A stretch of 64,000 nucleotides of DNA. It comes from a bacterium. GTDB taxonomy: Bacteria; Patescibacteriota; Minisyncoccia; Phycocordibacterales; CAIZLB01. How positions within the stretch are numbered: position 1 is the first letter of the stretch; every line of letters starts with the position of its first letter. Shown here piece after piece: positions 31,133 to 40,336 of this stretch. Location of the stretch: positions 4,214-68,213 of the forward strand of contig JANOAN010000007.1 in NCBI GenBank assembly GCA_031411135.1, written 5' to 3'. The translations under genes and the position numbers were made by a program. The notes under the pieces are model-generated. The model did no database searches. It saw only the letters and a program-made list of their open reading frames with translations, and had not been told where the DNA came from.

Positions 31133-31172
31133 TGCTTTTCTTACAATTAACTTCAGGGGTGTTTTTGGCGAG

Positions 31173-31640
31173 ACCTTATACTCAATATTGAGATAAGGTT
31201 TTTCTTTATCTCACAATTACTGGGAAGTAAAAAAGACGTATCAATTTCCTCCCAGTAGTTGATATGTCTTTTTTGCTAAAGAGACACGGGAACAATATTC
31301 GGGTAACGGCAACCTATAAGGCCGCCCTGATGATCATAAAAACAGAAGAACAATCACATTGTTATAGGTTGAGGTCGCAGTGGACGAGGCGACCAAAGAC
31401 TAAAGAGTAATGAGTGTCTGGGGTATCACGAACAACCGCCACAGACATCGCACATAACCTCATTACAAGGGTACACCCGCTCCGTTGTACGTAAGAAACT
31501 ATGGTTGAGATTAATGCGAATACTATCTCAATTTTCGATTCGGATTCACACTGTGGCTCCATACCGAAATAGTAAATCAATGTGGTTAGCCTAGCATTTT
31601 TTGTGCCGGGCTTGTTCTCCTGTTCACCACCCGAAATAGT
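31173..31640. ncRNA. Candidate large structured RNA or ssDNA region upstream of the recombinase operon
   Basis: At least eight stems, one possible pseudoknot and a long-range pairing found by eye. Confidence 0.45.
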
Positions 31641-31702
31641 TAGATAAAAATACGTATGCTTTTCAATAAAAAGGTCGGTAATAAATATAGGCAATTGCGA
31701 TA

Positions 31703-31918
31703 ATGCAGACACTACACAATAAAAACGAACAAGGTACACTGATTGAGTACGGACGACGTGCCCAAGAGTCTTTGTGTAGTAATGCACTTTCTAGAGAAAC
31801 ACTTGTTGCAATTGAAGAACTTGGTGAAATATTAAAAAATATTCATGCTAGATTAGCGTCAGAAGGCTATGAAATCATAGATGGTTGCATACGTAAAAAG
31901 ATGCAGAAACGAGTATGA
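31703..31918 (+). CDS. Small protein translationally coupled to the recombinase
   Basis: 71 aa; ATGA stop/start overlap at 31915-31918. Confidence 0.65.
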   Translation: MQTLHNKNEQGTLIEYGRRAQESLCSNALSRETLVAIEELGEILKNIHARLASEGYEIIDGCIRKKMQKRV

Positions 31919-33636
31919 AAAAATCAAGTATAAAAACTGAAAAAGAAATCGTAGAAGAAATACTCAAGGGAACTTTCCGTGAGTTTTATTTGATATACAA
32001 CAGAAGAAGCATGGATGAGGCGGAAAGCCAAAAGAACTCCATTTCATACCAAAAAGCAGAAAATACAAAGTTTGCTTTCAGAGAAAGGCTTTCTGTTGCT
32101 CAATTTACAATCAAGGGATTTTTGGCGGACGGTATCATTTCCGAAAGTCACTCTGGTTTTACTGAGGATGACGATGTAGTGATCACAGAAGAAGGTATTG
32201 TTCAATACAGGATTGATCGACCAAAGTTTCTACGAATGCTTCAGTTTGTAAGCCAAGGATACTTCAAAGGTGTTATTTGCCTTTGTTGGGACCGTATCAG
32301 TAGGAATAAGGGTGACGACACCGTTATTCGCAAACTTATGCGTAAAGGTGTTGATTTTCGTTTTGCTTATGCAGAGTATGAAAAGTCTAGTTCTGGTGCT
32401 TTACATATGGACATTGACGGTATGTTCTCTCAACACCACTCACGTGTTACTAGTGAGAAAGTCACTATATCTACACGTAACTCGAGGGAAAAAGGTATTT
32501 GTACTTACCGTGCTCCTATTGGTTATCTCAACGAGGGAAAGATGGAAGAAAAACCTCTGGATCCATTTCGTGCACCTGTAATCAAGCAAATGTATGAGTA
32601 CTATGCGACAGGTGACTGGAGTTTGTCAGACCTAGCTCGTTACGCAAATGAGCAGGGCTTTACGACTGTACCAATGCGACGAAGACGAACGAAAGAAGAA
32701 ATGCTTGCCGAAGAAGATGAGTTTGATGAAATTGAAAAGACTTCACGTCCCATAAATGAAAACCATATCAGCAGAATACTCACAAACCCTTTCTATACTG
32801 GGAAAGTCCTCAATTCAGAGGGTAAATACATACCGAGTAATAGCCATCAAGCTATTGTAACCAAAAAGCTATTCGAGGATGTGCAGGCTGTGCTCAAAAA
32901 GAAAAAAGTGATCGTTCATTATACCGAAAAATTGGACCAACCACTCCGAGGTATCGTACGTTGTGAACATTGTGGACGTGTATACACCCCTTACACAAAG
33001 AAAGGTATCCAATACTACAATTCTCGATGCGTAAATGGATGCTCGAACACACTTAAGAACTTTAACTTTGATTTTATTGATAAGAAGATAGGTGATCTTA
33101 TCACTGGCTTACATTTTACTGATGAAGAAATCGAGCAGATGGATGCTCGGGCAGGTACTGAGATTGCTTTGCTCGAAGAAAGACGGCACAAGACACTGGA
33201 CCAAGTTGAGAGAAAGAAGAAAAAGATACGTGAGGATCTTGCGTATCTACGTTCAAACAAAATACCTCTTTTGAAATCGGGTGTATACACTCCAGAAGGT
33301 TATGTTGCTGAAGAAACCAAGCTTGATAGTGAACTTTCAGAACTAAAAAATAGTGAAGATGTTTCGGACATCGCAATGCACGAAACTATGAAAGACGTTC
33401 AAAAACTTTCAGAACTCGTTAAAAACGTTGCAGCATATTATCAATTCGCCAAACCACACGAAAAAGAGCAGATTGTTCGTGTAATCTTTTCAGAACTTTC
33501 AATTTCCCAAAATACGTTGCAATTTAAGTGTAAAAAAGGATTTGAGTGCTTCGAGAATCGCTTTCTTGCTATTTGTGACCCCACAGAGAATCGAACTCTG
33601 ATTACTGCCTTGAAAAGGCAATGTCCTAACCGTTAG
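31915..33636 (+). CDS. Large serine recombinase
   Basis: YNRRS..SQKNSI catalytic region, DRISRN, APIGY, LTNPFYTG, CEHCG zinc ribbon, coiled coil. Confidence 0.93.
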   Translation: MKKSSIKTEKEIVEEILKGTFREFYLIYNRRSMDEAESQKNSISYQKAENTKFAFRERLSVAQFTIKGFLADGIISESHSGFTEDDDVVITEEGIVQYRIDRPKFLRMLQFVSQGYFKGVICLCWDRISRNKGDDTVIRKLMRKGVDFRFAYAEYEKSSSGALHMDIDGMFSQHHSRVTSEKVTISTRNSREKGICTYRAPIGYLNEGKMEEKPLDPFRAPVIKQMYEYYATGDWSLSDLARYANEQGFTTVPMRRRRTKEEMLAEEDEFDEIEKTSRPINENHISRILTNPFYTGKVLNSEGKYIPSNSHQAIVTKKLFEDVQAVLKKKKVIVHYTEKLDQPLRGIVRCEHCGRVYTPYTKKGIQYYNSRCVNGCSNTLKNFNFDFIDKKIGDLITGLHFTDEEIEQMDARAGTEIALLEERRHKTLDQVERKKKKIREDLAYLRSNKIPLLKSGVYTPEGYVAEETKLDSELSELKNSEDVSDIAMHETMKDVQKLSELVKNVAAYYQFAKPHEKEQIVRVIFSELSISQNTLQFKCKKGFECFENRFLAICDPTENRTLITALKRQCPNR

Positions 33637-33647
33637 ACGATGGGGCC
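33576..33647 (-). tRNA. tRNA-Glu(TTC)
   Basis: GGCCCCA/TGGGGTC acceptor stem, TTTTCAA anticodon loop, GTTCGATTC T arm; CCA not encoded. Confidence 0.95.
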
Positions 33648-33712
33648 ATATTTGTCCCAAAGAATATAACATTTTTTTGGAAAAAGGCAAAAAAGAGGTA
33701 TATAATTAGCAT

Positions 33713-34192
33713 ATGAAAAACACCACACTACTTTTCCTAATTAAAAAAACAGATAACAAAATCAGTGACATTTGCCTTGCTATGAAGAAGCGCGGATTCG
33801 GGGCAGGTCGTTGGAATGGAGTCGGTGGAAAGCTTTCAGATGGTGAATCGATCGAAGATGCAACGAAGAGGGAAACCAAAGAGGAAATTGGTGTTGATAT
33901 TTCATCAATGTCCAAAGTAGCAGAGCTCGCATTTTCCTTTGCCAACAATCCTGACTGGAATCAACTTGTTCATGTTTTTACAACTACTGAATGGAGTGGA
34001 GAGCCAATTGAAAGTGAAGAGATGCGACCACAATGGTATCCTGTTACAGAAATTCCTTTTAAAGACATGTGGCCCGATGATATATTTTGGCTTCCAAAAG
34101 TCTTGAATGGGGAATTAATTAAGGCAGCGTTTACTTTTGGAGAAAAAGATGCCATTTTAGATCAGAAAGTTGAAACAGTAGAGTCTTTATAA
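33713..34192 (+). CDS. NUDIX hydrolase, MutT/MTH1-like
   Basis: KKRGFG.GRWNGVGGK..E....ATKRETKEEIG, MWPDD. Confidence 0.92.
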   Translation: MKNTTLLFLIKKTDNKISDICLAMKKRGFGAGRWNGVGGKLSDGESIEDATKRETKEEIGVDISSMSKVAELAFSFANNPDWNQLVHVFTTTEWSGEPIESEEMRPQWYPVTEIPFKDMWPDDIFWLPKVLNGELIKAAFTFGEKDAILDQKVETVESL

Positions 34193-34206
34193 TACTATTG
34201 CCCTAC

Positions 34207-34279
34207 GGGCGATTAGCTCAGTTGGTAGAGCGCAACATTGACGTTGTTGATGCCAGAGGTTCGAGTCCTCTATCCCCCA
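34207..34279 (+). tRNA. tRNA-Val(GAC)
   Basis: TAGCTCAGTTGGTAGAGC D arm, CAACA-TTGACGT-TGTTG anticodon arm, GGTTCGAGTCC. Confidence 0.92.
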
Positions 34280-34285
34280 CAGATT

Positions 34286-35200
34286 TTACGCATGCAAATG
34301 ATTATATATATCCTCCAGTGCCTTAACAGCATCTCCCGCCGCAATATTATTTTGATGATACAGTCCGTCAGTGCAATCTCCAGCAGCCCAAATCCCCGGA
34401 GTTTTTGATTCCTGCGTTTTCGGATCAACAATGATTTTTCCAATTGGATCAAGTTCAACAATATCCTTTACAAAATCAGTACTTGGAATCAATCCAATTT
34501 CAACGAATATTCCTGTGACAGGAAGCTCTACTACCTGATCTCCAGTTTTATATGAAAAACTACTTACAAATTTGTCACCCTTAACCTCATGTGGAATTGC
34601 ATTTCTAATAGCTTTAACATTTGGTTTAGATAAAACTTTCTCAACTGTGACTTCATCTGCTCTAAACGTGTCACTGCGATTAACAATGGTCACGCTTTTA
34701 CAATAGGCAGCCAATTGTGCCGCACTTTCAAAAGCTGCATTTCCCCCACCTACTACTACGACATCTTGATCTTCGAATAGGGGGCCATCACAAGTGGCAC
34801 AATATGTCAGTCCCTTATTATCAAATTCTTCCGCACCGGGAACTTCTAGTTTTCTTCGGCGACTTCCTGTAGTGATCAGAATAGTTTTTGTTTCAAATGT
34901 TTCGTCTTTTACAGTGACAGAAAATCCTTTTCCATTTTTCGTGATTTTAGAAACCAGTGCACCTTCCTTTATATCTACAATGTCACCAGCATAAGCACGT
35001 AAATGTGCCTCCAAATTTTTTGAAAGTTCAGCACCAGAAATTTTCACAGTCCCAATCCAGTTTTCAATCCCTTCGGAAACTGTGCTTTGGCCTTCAAAAT
35101 TTTTCGTAATAAAAAGCGTTTTAAGTTTCTTTCTGCTAGCATAAACTCCTGCTGCTACTCCTGCTGGACCTCCTCCGATGATTGTTAAGTCGTATGTCAT
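34286..35200 (-). CDS. trxB: Thioredoxin reductase
   Basis: GGGPAG, CATCDG, GGGNAA, AAGD. Confidence 0.9.
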   Translation of the reverse strand: MTYDLTIIGGGPAGVAAGVYASRKKLKTLFITKNFEGQSTVSEGIENWIGTVKISGAELSKNLEAHLRAYAGDIVDIKEGALVSKITKNGKGFSVTVKDETFETKTILITTGSRRRKLEVPGAEEFDNKGLTYCATCDGPLFEDQDVVVVGGGNAAFESAAQLAAYCKSVTIVNRSDTFRADEVTVEKVLSKPNVKAIRNAIPHEVKGDKFVSSFSYKTGDQVVELPVTGIFVEIGLIPSTDFVKDIVELDPIGKIIVDPKTQESKTPGIWAAGDCTDGLYHQNNIAAGDAVKALEDIYNHLHA

Positions 35201-35261
35201 AGTTTGGATATTCTAGCATAAATCAAAAAAACCTCCGATTCTGAAGGTTTTTTTGTTTATA

Positions 35262-36434
35262 CTACTTTAACTTAGAACGTCGTAAAAACGCAGGAATAGC
35301 ATTCCAATCGTCTTCTTCCTTGTCATCCTTTTTCTTATCAGTCTTCATAGGCTCTGTCGAGTTAGCAGTCGGCTGATCGAATGAACTAACTGGAATTGAA
35401 TTGAAAATTTTTCCACGCTCTTTTTCAACTGGCGCTTCAACAGGATTATCAAAAAGACTTTTCTTGATTGCTTCCGAATTTGGGAAGTTTGCTGCGATAA
35501 CAGTAATTCTAAGTTCGTTCTTTTTCAATCTCTCATCACGAACTGTACCGAAAATAATCTTGGCGTTAGGGTCAACTGATTCTGTAATAAGTTTCGCAGC
35601 TTCCTGGATTTCCCACATTGTAAGGTCTTCACCACCAGCGATTGAGAAAAGCACTCCTTTTGCTCCGTGGATTGAAACATCGAGAAGTGGAGAGCTAATA
35701 GCAGCACGAGCGGCTTCTTCTGCGCGCTTTTCACCACTTGCAAATCCGATACCCATTAACGCTGATCCTGCGTTTTCAAGAACTGCGCGGATGTCTGCGA
35801 AGTCGATGTTACCAACAGTTCCTGGCATAGTTATTAATTCTGAAATTCCTTCCACTGCTTGCTTCAAAACTTCATCACACATTCCAAAAGCCTGTTTTGC
35901 AGTAGTTTCCTTAGAAACTGTTGCCATTAAACGATCGTTTGGGATTACCACAAGTGCATCAACTGATCTAGACAATTCTGCCAAGCCTTGTTCAGCCAGT
36001 CGCATTCGCTGCTGTCCTTCGAAAGAGAAGGGTTTTGTTACAACAGCAACTGTTAACGCCCCCATCTCTTTTGCAATTTTTGCAATAACAGGTGAGGCAC
36101 CAGTACATGTTCCACCTCCAAGTCCACCCGATACGAAAACCATATCAGAATTTTTCAATGCCTCCTGAATTTCTTCTTTTGTTTCTTCGGCTGCTTTTTT
36201 TCCAACTTCTGGATTCATACCAGCGCCCAGTCCTTTTGTAAGATTTTTTCCAATATGAATTTTCTTTTTCGAAAGTGCGTGATGCAAATCTTGTGCGTCA
36301 GTATTGATAGCGAGAAAATCTACGCCTTTAACTTTTGAATTGATCATATGATTGATCGCATTTTTTCCTGAACCGCCGACTCCGACGACTTTAATGCGAG
36401 CAAATGTTTCAACTTCTGGTTTGACCTGGGGCAT
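35262..36434 (-). CDS. ftsZ: Cell division protein FtsZ
   Basis: GLGGGTCTG, NIDFAD, C-terminal IPAFLR. Confidence 0.98.
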   Translation of the reverse strand: MPQVKPEVETFARIKVVGVGGSGKNAINHMINSKVKGVDFLAINTDAQDLHHALSKKKIHIGKNLTKGLGAGMNPEVGKKAAEETKEEIQEALKNSDMVFVSGGLGGGTCTGASPVIAKIAKEMGALTVAVVTKPFSFEGQQRMRLAEQGLAELSRSVDALVVIPNDRLMATVSKETTAKQAFGMCDEVLKQAVEGISELITMPGTVGNIDFADIRAVLENAGSALMGIGFASGEKRAEEAARAAISSPLLDVSIHGAKGVLFSIAGGEDLTMWEIQEAAKLITESVDPNAKIIFGTVRDERLKKNELRITVIAANFPNSEAIKKSLFDNPVEAPVEKERGKIFNSIPVSSFDQPTANSTEPMKTDKKKDDKEEDDWNAIPAFLRRSKLK

Positions 36435-36588
36435 GTTGTATTTTATGTATAGTTTAAAGGCAGCTTTTTAAAAAGCTTTCTTGTCTGGTAAATTTAATGA
36501 TTCTTGCTGACTATTGCTTTCTTCCAAAGGAATAATCAAGAGCGGCCTTAGGGGTATAATAGCATGTTTTTGGGGGAGGGCAATACAG

Positions 36589-37698
36589 CTAGCTTTGGAC
36601 CTTGAATAGGAGGTTATTACGAGGAACCTCCCTGTCATTTTGTGGAGAATAAACAAAAGGTACTTGAACGTATTTAGATAGTAAACTTCCAACAAAATCT
36701 TCCACAAATTTTTTCGTTTTTAAATCCTCTTCCAAATTTCTATAAGTCCCAAAAACTGCGAAATAAATTGGTCCAGAAGTTGTATACATAATCCCTGCAT
36801 AATTTCTGTGATAATCAAGATATCCAGATTTTGCAACAATTCCAGAAGTGGTAGCCATTGAGAGGAGTGTTTTCTCAAGCGGTCCTGGATCAACACGAGG
36901 GATAGACATTAGGTGTTGAATTTCTAAACCAGACTTTTCTAAGTTCTTTATCACTCGAATGGTTAATTCGCAGGTCGTGTAATTATCAGCAAGTCCCGAG
37001 CCTGTTCCGAAATGTATATCTGCGCCGTATGTTTCTTTCATGTATTTTTCAAATTCATATGACCCACCAGCTCTTAGGAATAAAGTGTTAGCAGATATGT
37101 TTGTTGAATAATCGTTTATTTGCTTTATTAAAATCGAAAGTGGTGCGGACTGGTATTGGTAGTGAATGCCCGGTCCAGAGTACGCATTTTCAGAATATTG
37201 AACAGAGGATTTTATTCCGTAATGATTTAAGGCATAACCTAGCTCTTTTGTGACACTGGCGTTGTTTTGTTGCCAGTCCATGTAAAAGTCTTTTGAAAAA
37301 ATTAAATGATTGAAATTTGTTCCAATTTTTTTGAAAATAGAATTTAAATTTTCAACCACAAAATGTGGATCACCTCCACCGTTTATATATAAAGTATCAC
37401 CATCCACATAAAGATTAGTCGTATATCTGAAATCTTTTCCAAGTTTGGTCAGTGCAAAATCAAAAGTGTAAAGTTTTGAAATGGAGGCGGGGATTACACT
37501 TTTGTCTTGATTATATTCCGCAATTGTTCCTGTGGCGTTTTCAAGACAAAAAACTTGATCCTTTGTATTTAGTTTATAATTCTTTGCAAAGCTTTCAAGC
37601 TGGTAGGGAGGCCTTTCTGTAATTACAAAAAAGATAAATGCAATTACTGCAATTAAAACAATAATTATAGTGACGATTGCAACAATCTTTCTCTGCAT
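36589..37698 (-). CDS. D-Ala-D-Ala carboxypeptidase/endopeptidase, peptidase S13 (DacB-like)
   Basis: PASISK, GGGDP, STN, KSG motifs; N-terminal TM. Confidence 0.85.
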   Translation of the reverse strand: MQRKIVAIVTIIIVLIAVIAFIFFVITERPPYQLESFAKNYKLNTKDQVFCLENATGTIAEYNQDKSVIPASISKLYTFDFALTKLGKDFRYTTNLYVDGDTLYINGGGDPHFVVENLNSIFKKIGTNFNHLIFSKDFYMDWQQNNASVTKELGYALNHYGIKSSVQYSENAYSGPGIHYQYQSAPLSILIKQINDYSTNISANTLFLRAGGSYEFEKYMKETYGADIHFGTGSGLADNYTTCELTIRVIKNLEKSGLEIQHLMSIPRVDPGPLEKTLLSMATTSGIVAKSGYLDYHRNYAGIMYTTSGPIYFAVFGTYRNLEEDLKTKKFVEDFVGSLLSKYVQVPFVYSPQNDREVPRNNLLFKVQS

Positions 37699-37701
37699 AC
37701 T

Positions 37702-38898
37702 TTAAGGCAAAAACTGCTTGATCCACTTCCAAATGGTGCTTCTAGTTTTTCCAATAAGTCGCATTCCTTCCTTTATATCAACTGTATTTTCATCTTCTGA
37801 ATTAAGCCCAAGAATTCCAAGACCATAACCAACAACCCACTCAGCCTGTTTCTCATTGATAAATTTAAAAGTAGTATCGTACTTCATTCCAGGACACTTT
37901 GATGGAAGGTGAAGGGAAGTGCGCGCTGCGTTTTCAATTCCTGTCAGGGTAGACCCTCCTCCGATCATGATGATACCAGCAGGAAGGAGTCCACTTCGAT
38001 CGATCTTTTTTAAATGAGTATCAATTAGTTCAAAAATATCAGATAAACGTGCATCAATGATACCGTCTAATTTTTTACGAGATACAGAAGGAGCTCCAGC
38101 CGATCCTGTTTTTACGAGCTCGGCTTCTTCTAGGGATATTTGCAATCCCAATGCAATATCATTTGTGATATCGTTTGAACCGATTGGAAAGACTTCTAAT
38201 GAAATCGGAATATTATTTTCAAAGACAATTATAGAAGTTGTCTCTGCTCCTATGTTAACCAATACGCAACCTGCGATTTTTTGTGTTTTCGACAAAGCAA
38301 CCAAACTGGCTGCCATTGGTGCAGCAACCACATCCTCGATAGAAAGTCCTGCCTCTTCAACTGCAAGTAACATGTCATTCAAATGGTGTGTCTGGCAAGT
38401 GATATAGAGAACACGCGCCTCTAAACGGATTCCTTTCATTCCTTGAGGGCGACCCAAAACGCGTTTCCCATCAACTCGATATTCAAGTGCTACGCTGTGA
38501 ATAATTTTTCGATTACTGATATATGCGGAGGGAAGTTCTTTTTCGCTTTCTTCGATTGCACGGTTTACATCAAGGTCTGTAATTTCACTATCTGCTTTTG
38601 TTGTGTTTACAATACCGACTCCTACGATTGCAGAAAGTCCAACACCTCCAACAGAAAGGTATGCTTTTTTAATTTTTAATTCTGAATTTTTTTCGCATTG
38701 TACTACTGCAGCTCGAATGCTTTTTGCCACTTCACTAATATTAGAAATATAACCATGTCGGATTCCTTTTGATTCAGAAACACCATAGCCAACAATTTTT
38801 GGCTGAGTTGGGATTGAGGTTTCAAGAGAACGTTCAACCGCTATCACTTTGACGCTGGAAGTACCGATGTCTATTCCGACTGATGTGGTGCGGCTCAT
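37702..38898 (-). CDS. ftsA: Cell division protein FtsA
   Basis: GIDIGTSSVK, NIGAETT, ITNDIA, GGGS. Confidence 0.95.
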   Translation of the reverse strand: MSRTTSVGIDIGTSSVKVIAVERSLETSIPTQPKIVGYGVSESKGIRHGYISNISEVAKSIRAAVVQCEKNSELKIKKAYLSVGGVGLSAIVGVGIVNTTKADSEITDLDVNRAIEESEKELPSAYISNRKIIHSVALEYRVDGKRVLGRPQGMKGIRLEARVLYITCQTHHLNDMLLAVEEAGLSIEDVVAAPMAASLVALSKTQKIAGCVLVNIGAETTSIIVFENNIPISLEVFPIGSNDITNDIALGLQISLEEAELVKTGSAGAPSVSRKKLDGIIDARLSDIFELIDTHLKKIDRSGLLPAGIIMIGGGSTLTGIENAARTSLHLPSKCPGMKYDTTFKFINEKQAEWVVGYGLGILGLNSEDENTVDIKEGMRLIGKTRSTIWKWIKQFLP

Positions 38899-38940
38899 TT
38901 TGATAAAAATATTTTGAAGTTTTTAAGAACCCGAATTCTA

Positions 38941-39324
38941 TTAAACCTTGAAAGCTTTGCGGATTCTCTCTTCTTCACTCTCCATTCTACTACTATGTTC
39001 GTATCCTTTCAAATGAAACAAACCGTGGATAAATATAAATTTCAAGTAATTATCATAAGTGCGCTCAAAGAGGGGCGCTTTTTGGCGAGCTTTGTCAGGA
39101 TTAATTACAACTTCACCAACATTTTTGTCTACGTTAAATGAAAGTATGTCTGTTGCGTAATCTTTATTTCGATATTTTTTATTTAAAGTTTTTATTTTCT
39201 TTGTACCAATAAAAGCCAAACTTAGATCAAAGTTTTTTCCTAAAACTTTATTTTTCATATTTGTAAAAAGCACCCCGTTAATTTTCGGAGTGCTTTTTAC
39301 AGTGCTAGAGATTGAAATCTGCAT
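38941..39324 (-). CDS. ybeY: rRNA maturation endoribonuclease YbeY
   Basis: LNKKYRNKDYATDILSF, HGLFHLKGYEH. Confidence 0.93.
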   Translation of the reverse strand: MQISISSTVKSTPKINGVLFTNMKNKVLGKNFDLSLAFIGTKKIKTLNKKYRNKDYATDILSFNVDKNVGEVVINPDKARQKAPLFERTYDNYLKFIFIHGLFHLKGYEHSSRMESEEERIRKAFKV

Positions 39325-39329
39325 TTAGA

Positions 39330-39572
39330 TTACTTTCGGCGAACCTTTACTGGAAGCTTTCCAAGCTTTGCCAATTTTTCGTATTCAGCCTTTCTTCGTA
39401 GTCGTTCAAGTCGTGCCATTTTAACTTTGTAAGGAGAAAGTTTTCTTTCTGCGTATCGGATGCTTCGAACACGAGGAAGAACGCCAGAGTCCTGTGTACG
39501 CTTTGAAAAACGTCGCAAAACGGATGCTGGGCTTTCTGAGGGGTTTCTTTCGATTGAAATATTGATTGCCAT
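39330..39572 (-). CDS. rpsU: 30S ribosomal protein S21-like
   Basis: ESPASVLRRFSKR...SGVL...RY; small and basic. Confidence 0.7.
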   Translation of the reverse strand: MAINISIERNPSESPASVLRRFSKRTQDSGVLPRVRSIRYAERKLSPYKVKMARLERLRRKAEYEKLAKLGKLPVKVRRK

Positions 39573-39685
39573 AGGGTTACAAATGTAGCATAGGGCTTCG
39601 TCTTTATCAAGGGGGAAAAGGTTTCAAGTAAAGCCAACTTCACATTGTCTATGCGAAATGTATAATATGAATCATTCAATATAAT

Positions 39686-39898
39686 ATGAAAGAAATTATT
39701 AAAAATGAAGTTGGTAAATTCAGAACTGATAAGGGTGTGACCCAAGAGGATTTGGCCTCGACTGTAAACGTCAGTCGTCAAACTATAATTGCTCTTGAGA
39801 AAGGTAACTACACGCCATCAATTTTACTAGCCATTAAAATCGCTGACTTCTTTAAGGTTTCAGTCGAAAAAATATTTAAAATATCCAATGAAAAATAA
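39686..39898 (+). CDS. XRE-family transcriptional regulator
   Basis: TQEDLA..VSRQTIIALEKGNYTPS. Confidence 0.92.
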   Translation: MKEIIKNEVGKFRTDKGVTQEDLASTVNVSRQTIIALEKGNYTPSILLAIKIADFFKVSVEKIFKISNEK

Positions 39899-40250
39899 TC
39901 TCAAAGAATTTATTGTCACTTTCGGTCTGGTCATCACTGCGGTGTTACTTTTGAACCCATTTCATTTTTGGATGCCTAGCATGTTACTTATGAGTATTTT
40001 AGCAGTGATTCTTGTTTTGTTTGGGATATTTACCAGCTTTGTTCTCAGGGAAAAAATAACAGACGAGAGGGATGCGCAACACCGTACTCTTGCTGGTAGA
40101 AGTGCCTTCTTAGCGGGGTCAGCAGTTCTTATTCTAGGTATTATTGTACAGGGTTATAGAGAAGCCGTTGACGGTTGGCTTGTTGTGACTCTTATTGTTA
40201 TGGTGGTTACAAAGATGAGCGTCCGTATTTGGAGTGACCGAAACCTCTAG
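39888..40250 (+). CDS. Membrane protein, DUF2178-like
   Basis: Four TM segments with DERD motif; overlaps XRE gene. Confidence 0.7.
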   Translation: MKNNLKEFIVTFGLVITAVLLLNPFHFWMPSMLLMSILAVILVLFGIFTSFVLREKITDERDAQHRTLAGRSAFLAGSAVLILGIIVQGYREAVDGWLVVTLIVMVVTKMSVRIWSDRNL

Positions 40251-40261
40251 TTATCCACTTC

Positions 40262-40285
40262 ATATGTAAAGTCTACTTTACATAT
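40262..40285. promoter_or_regulatory. Palindromic operator
   Basis: ATATGTAAAG-TCTA-CTTTACATAT; 16/20 match at 39626-39645. Confidence 0.7.
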
Positions 40286-40336
40286 TTTTTGCACAATATA
40301 TAATAATCATATTATATTAATCACAATTATTTTTTT

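Larger units (their letters stand above)
24821..33583. mobile_element. Integrative element inserted at tRNA-Glu 3' end, large serine recombinase type
   Basis: Direct repeat GTGACCCCA at 24821-24829 and 33575-33583; recombinase abuts tRNA; accessory cargo; TGA stops unlike host genes. Confidence 0.75.

Noticed and set aside
31327-31345. Hammerhead ribozyme core (CTGATGA)
   Set aside because: No stem II followed by GAAA at a suitable distance.
31419-31429. TGGGGTATCAC as a guide matching the att core (TGGGGTCAC)
   Set aside because: Short and gapped; insufficient to claim RNA-guided recombination.
35401-36168. Long antisense ORFs (also 1629-2198, 8297-8863 and others)
   Set aside because: Shadow frames opposite well-supported genes.
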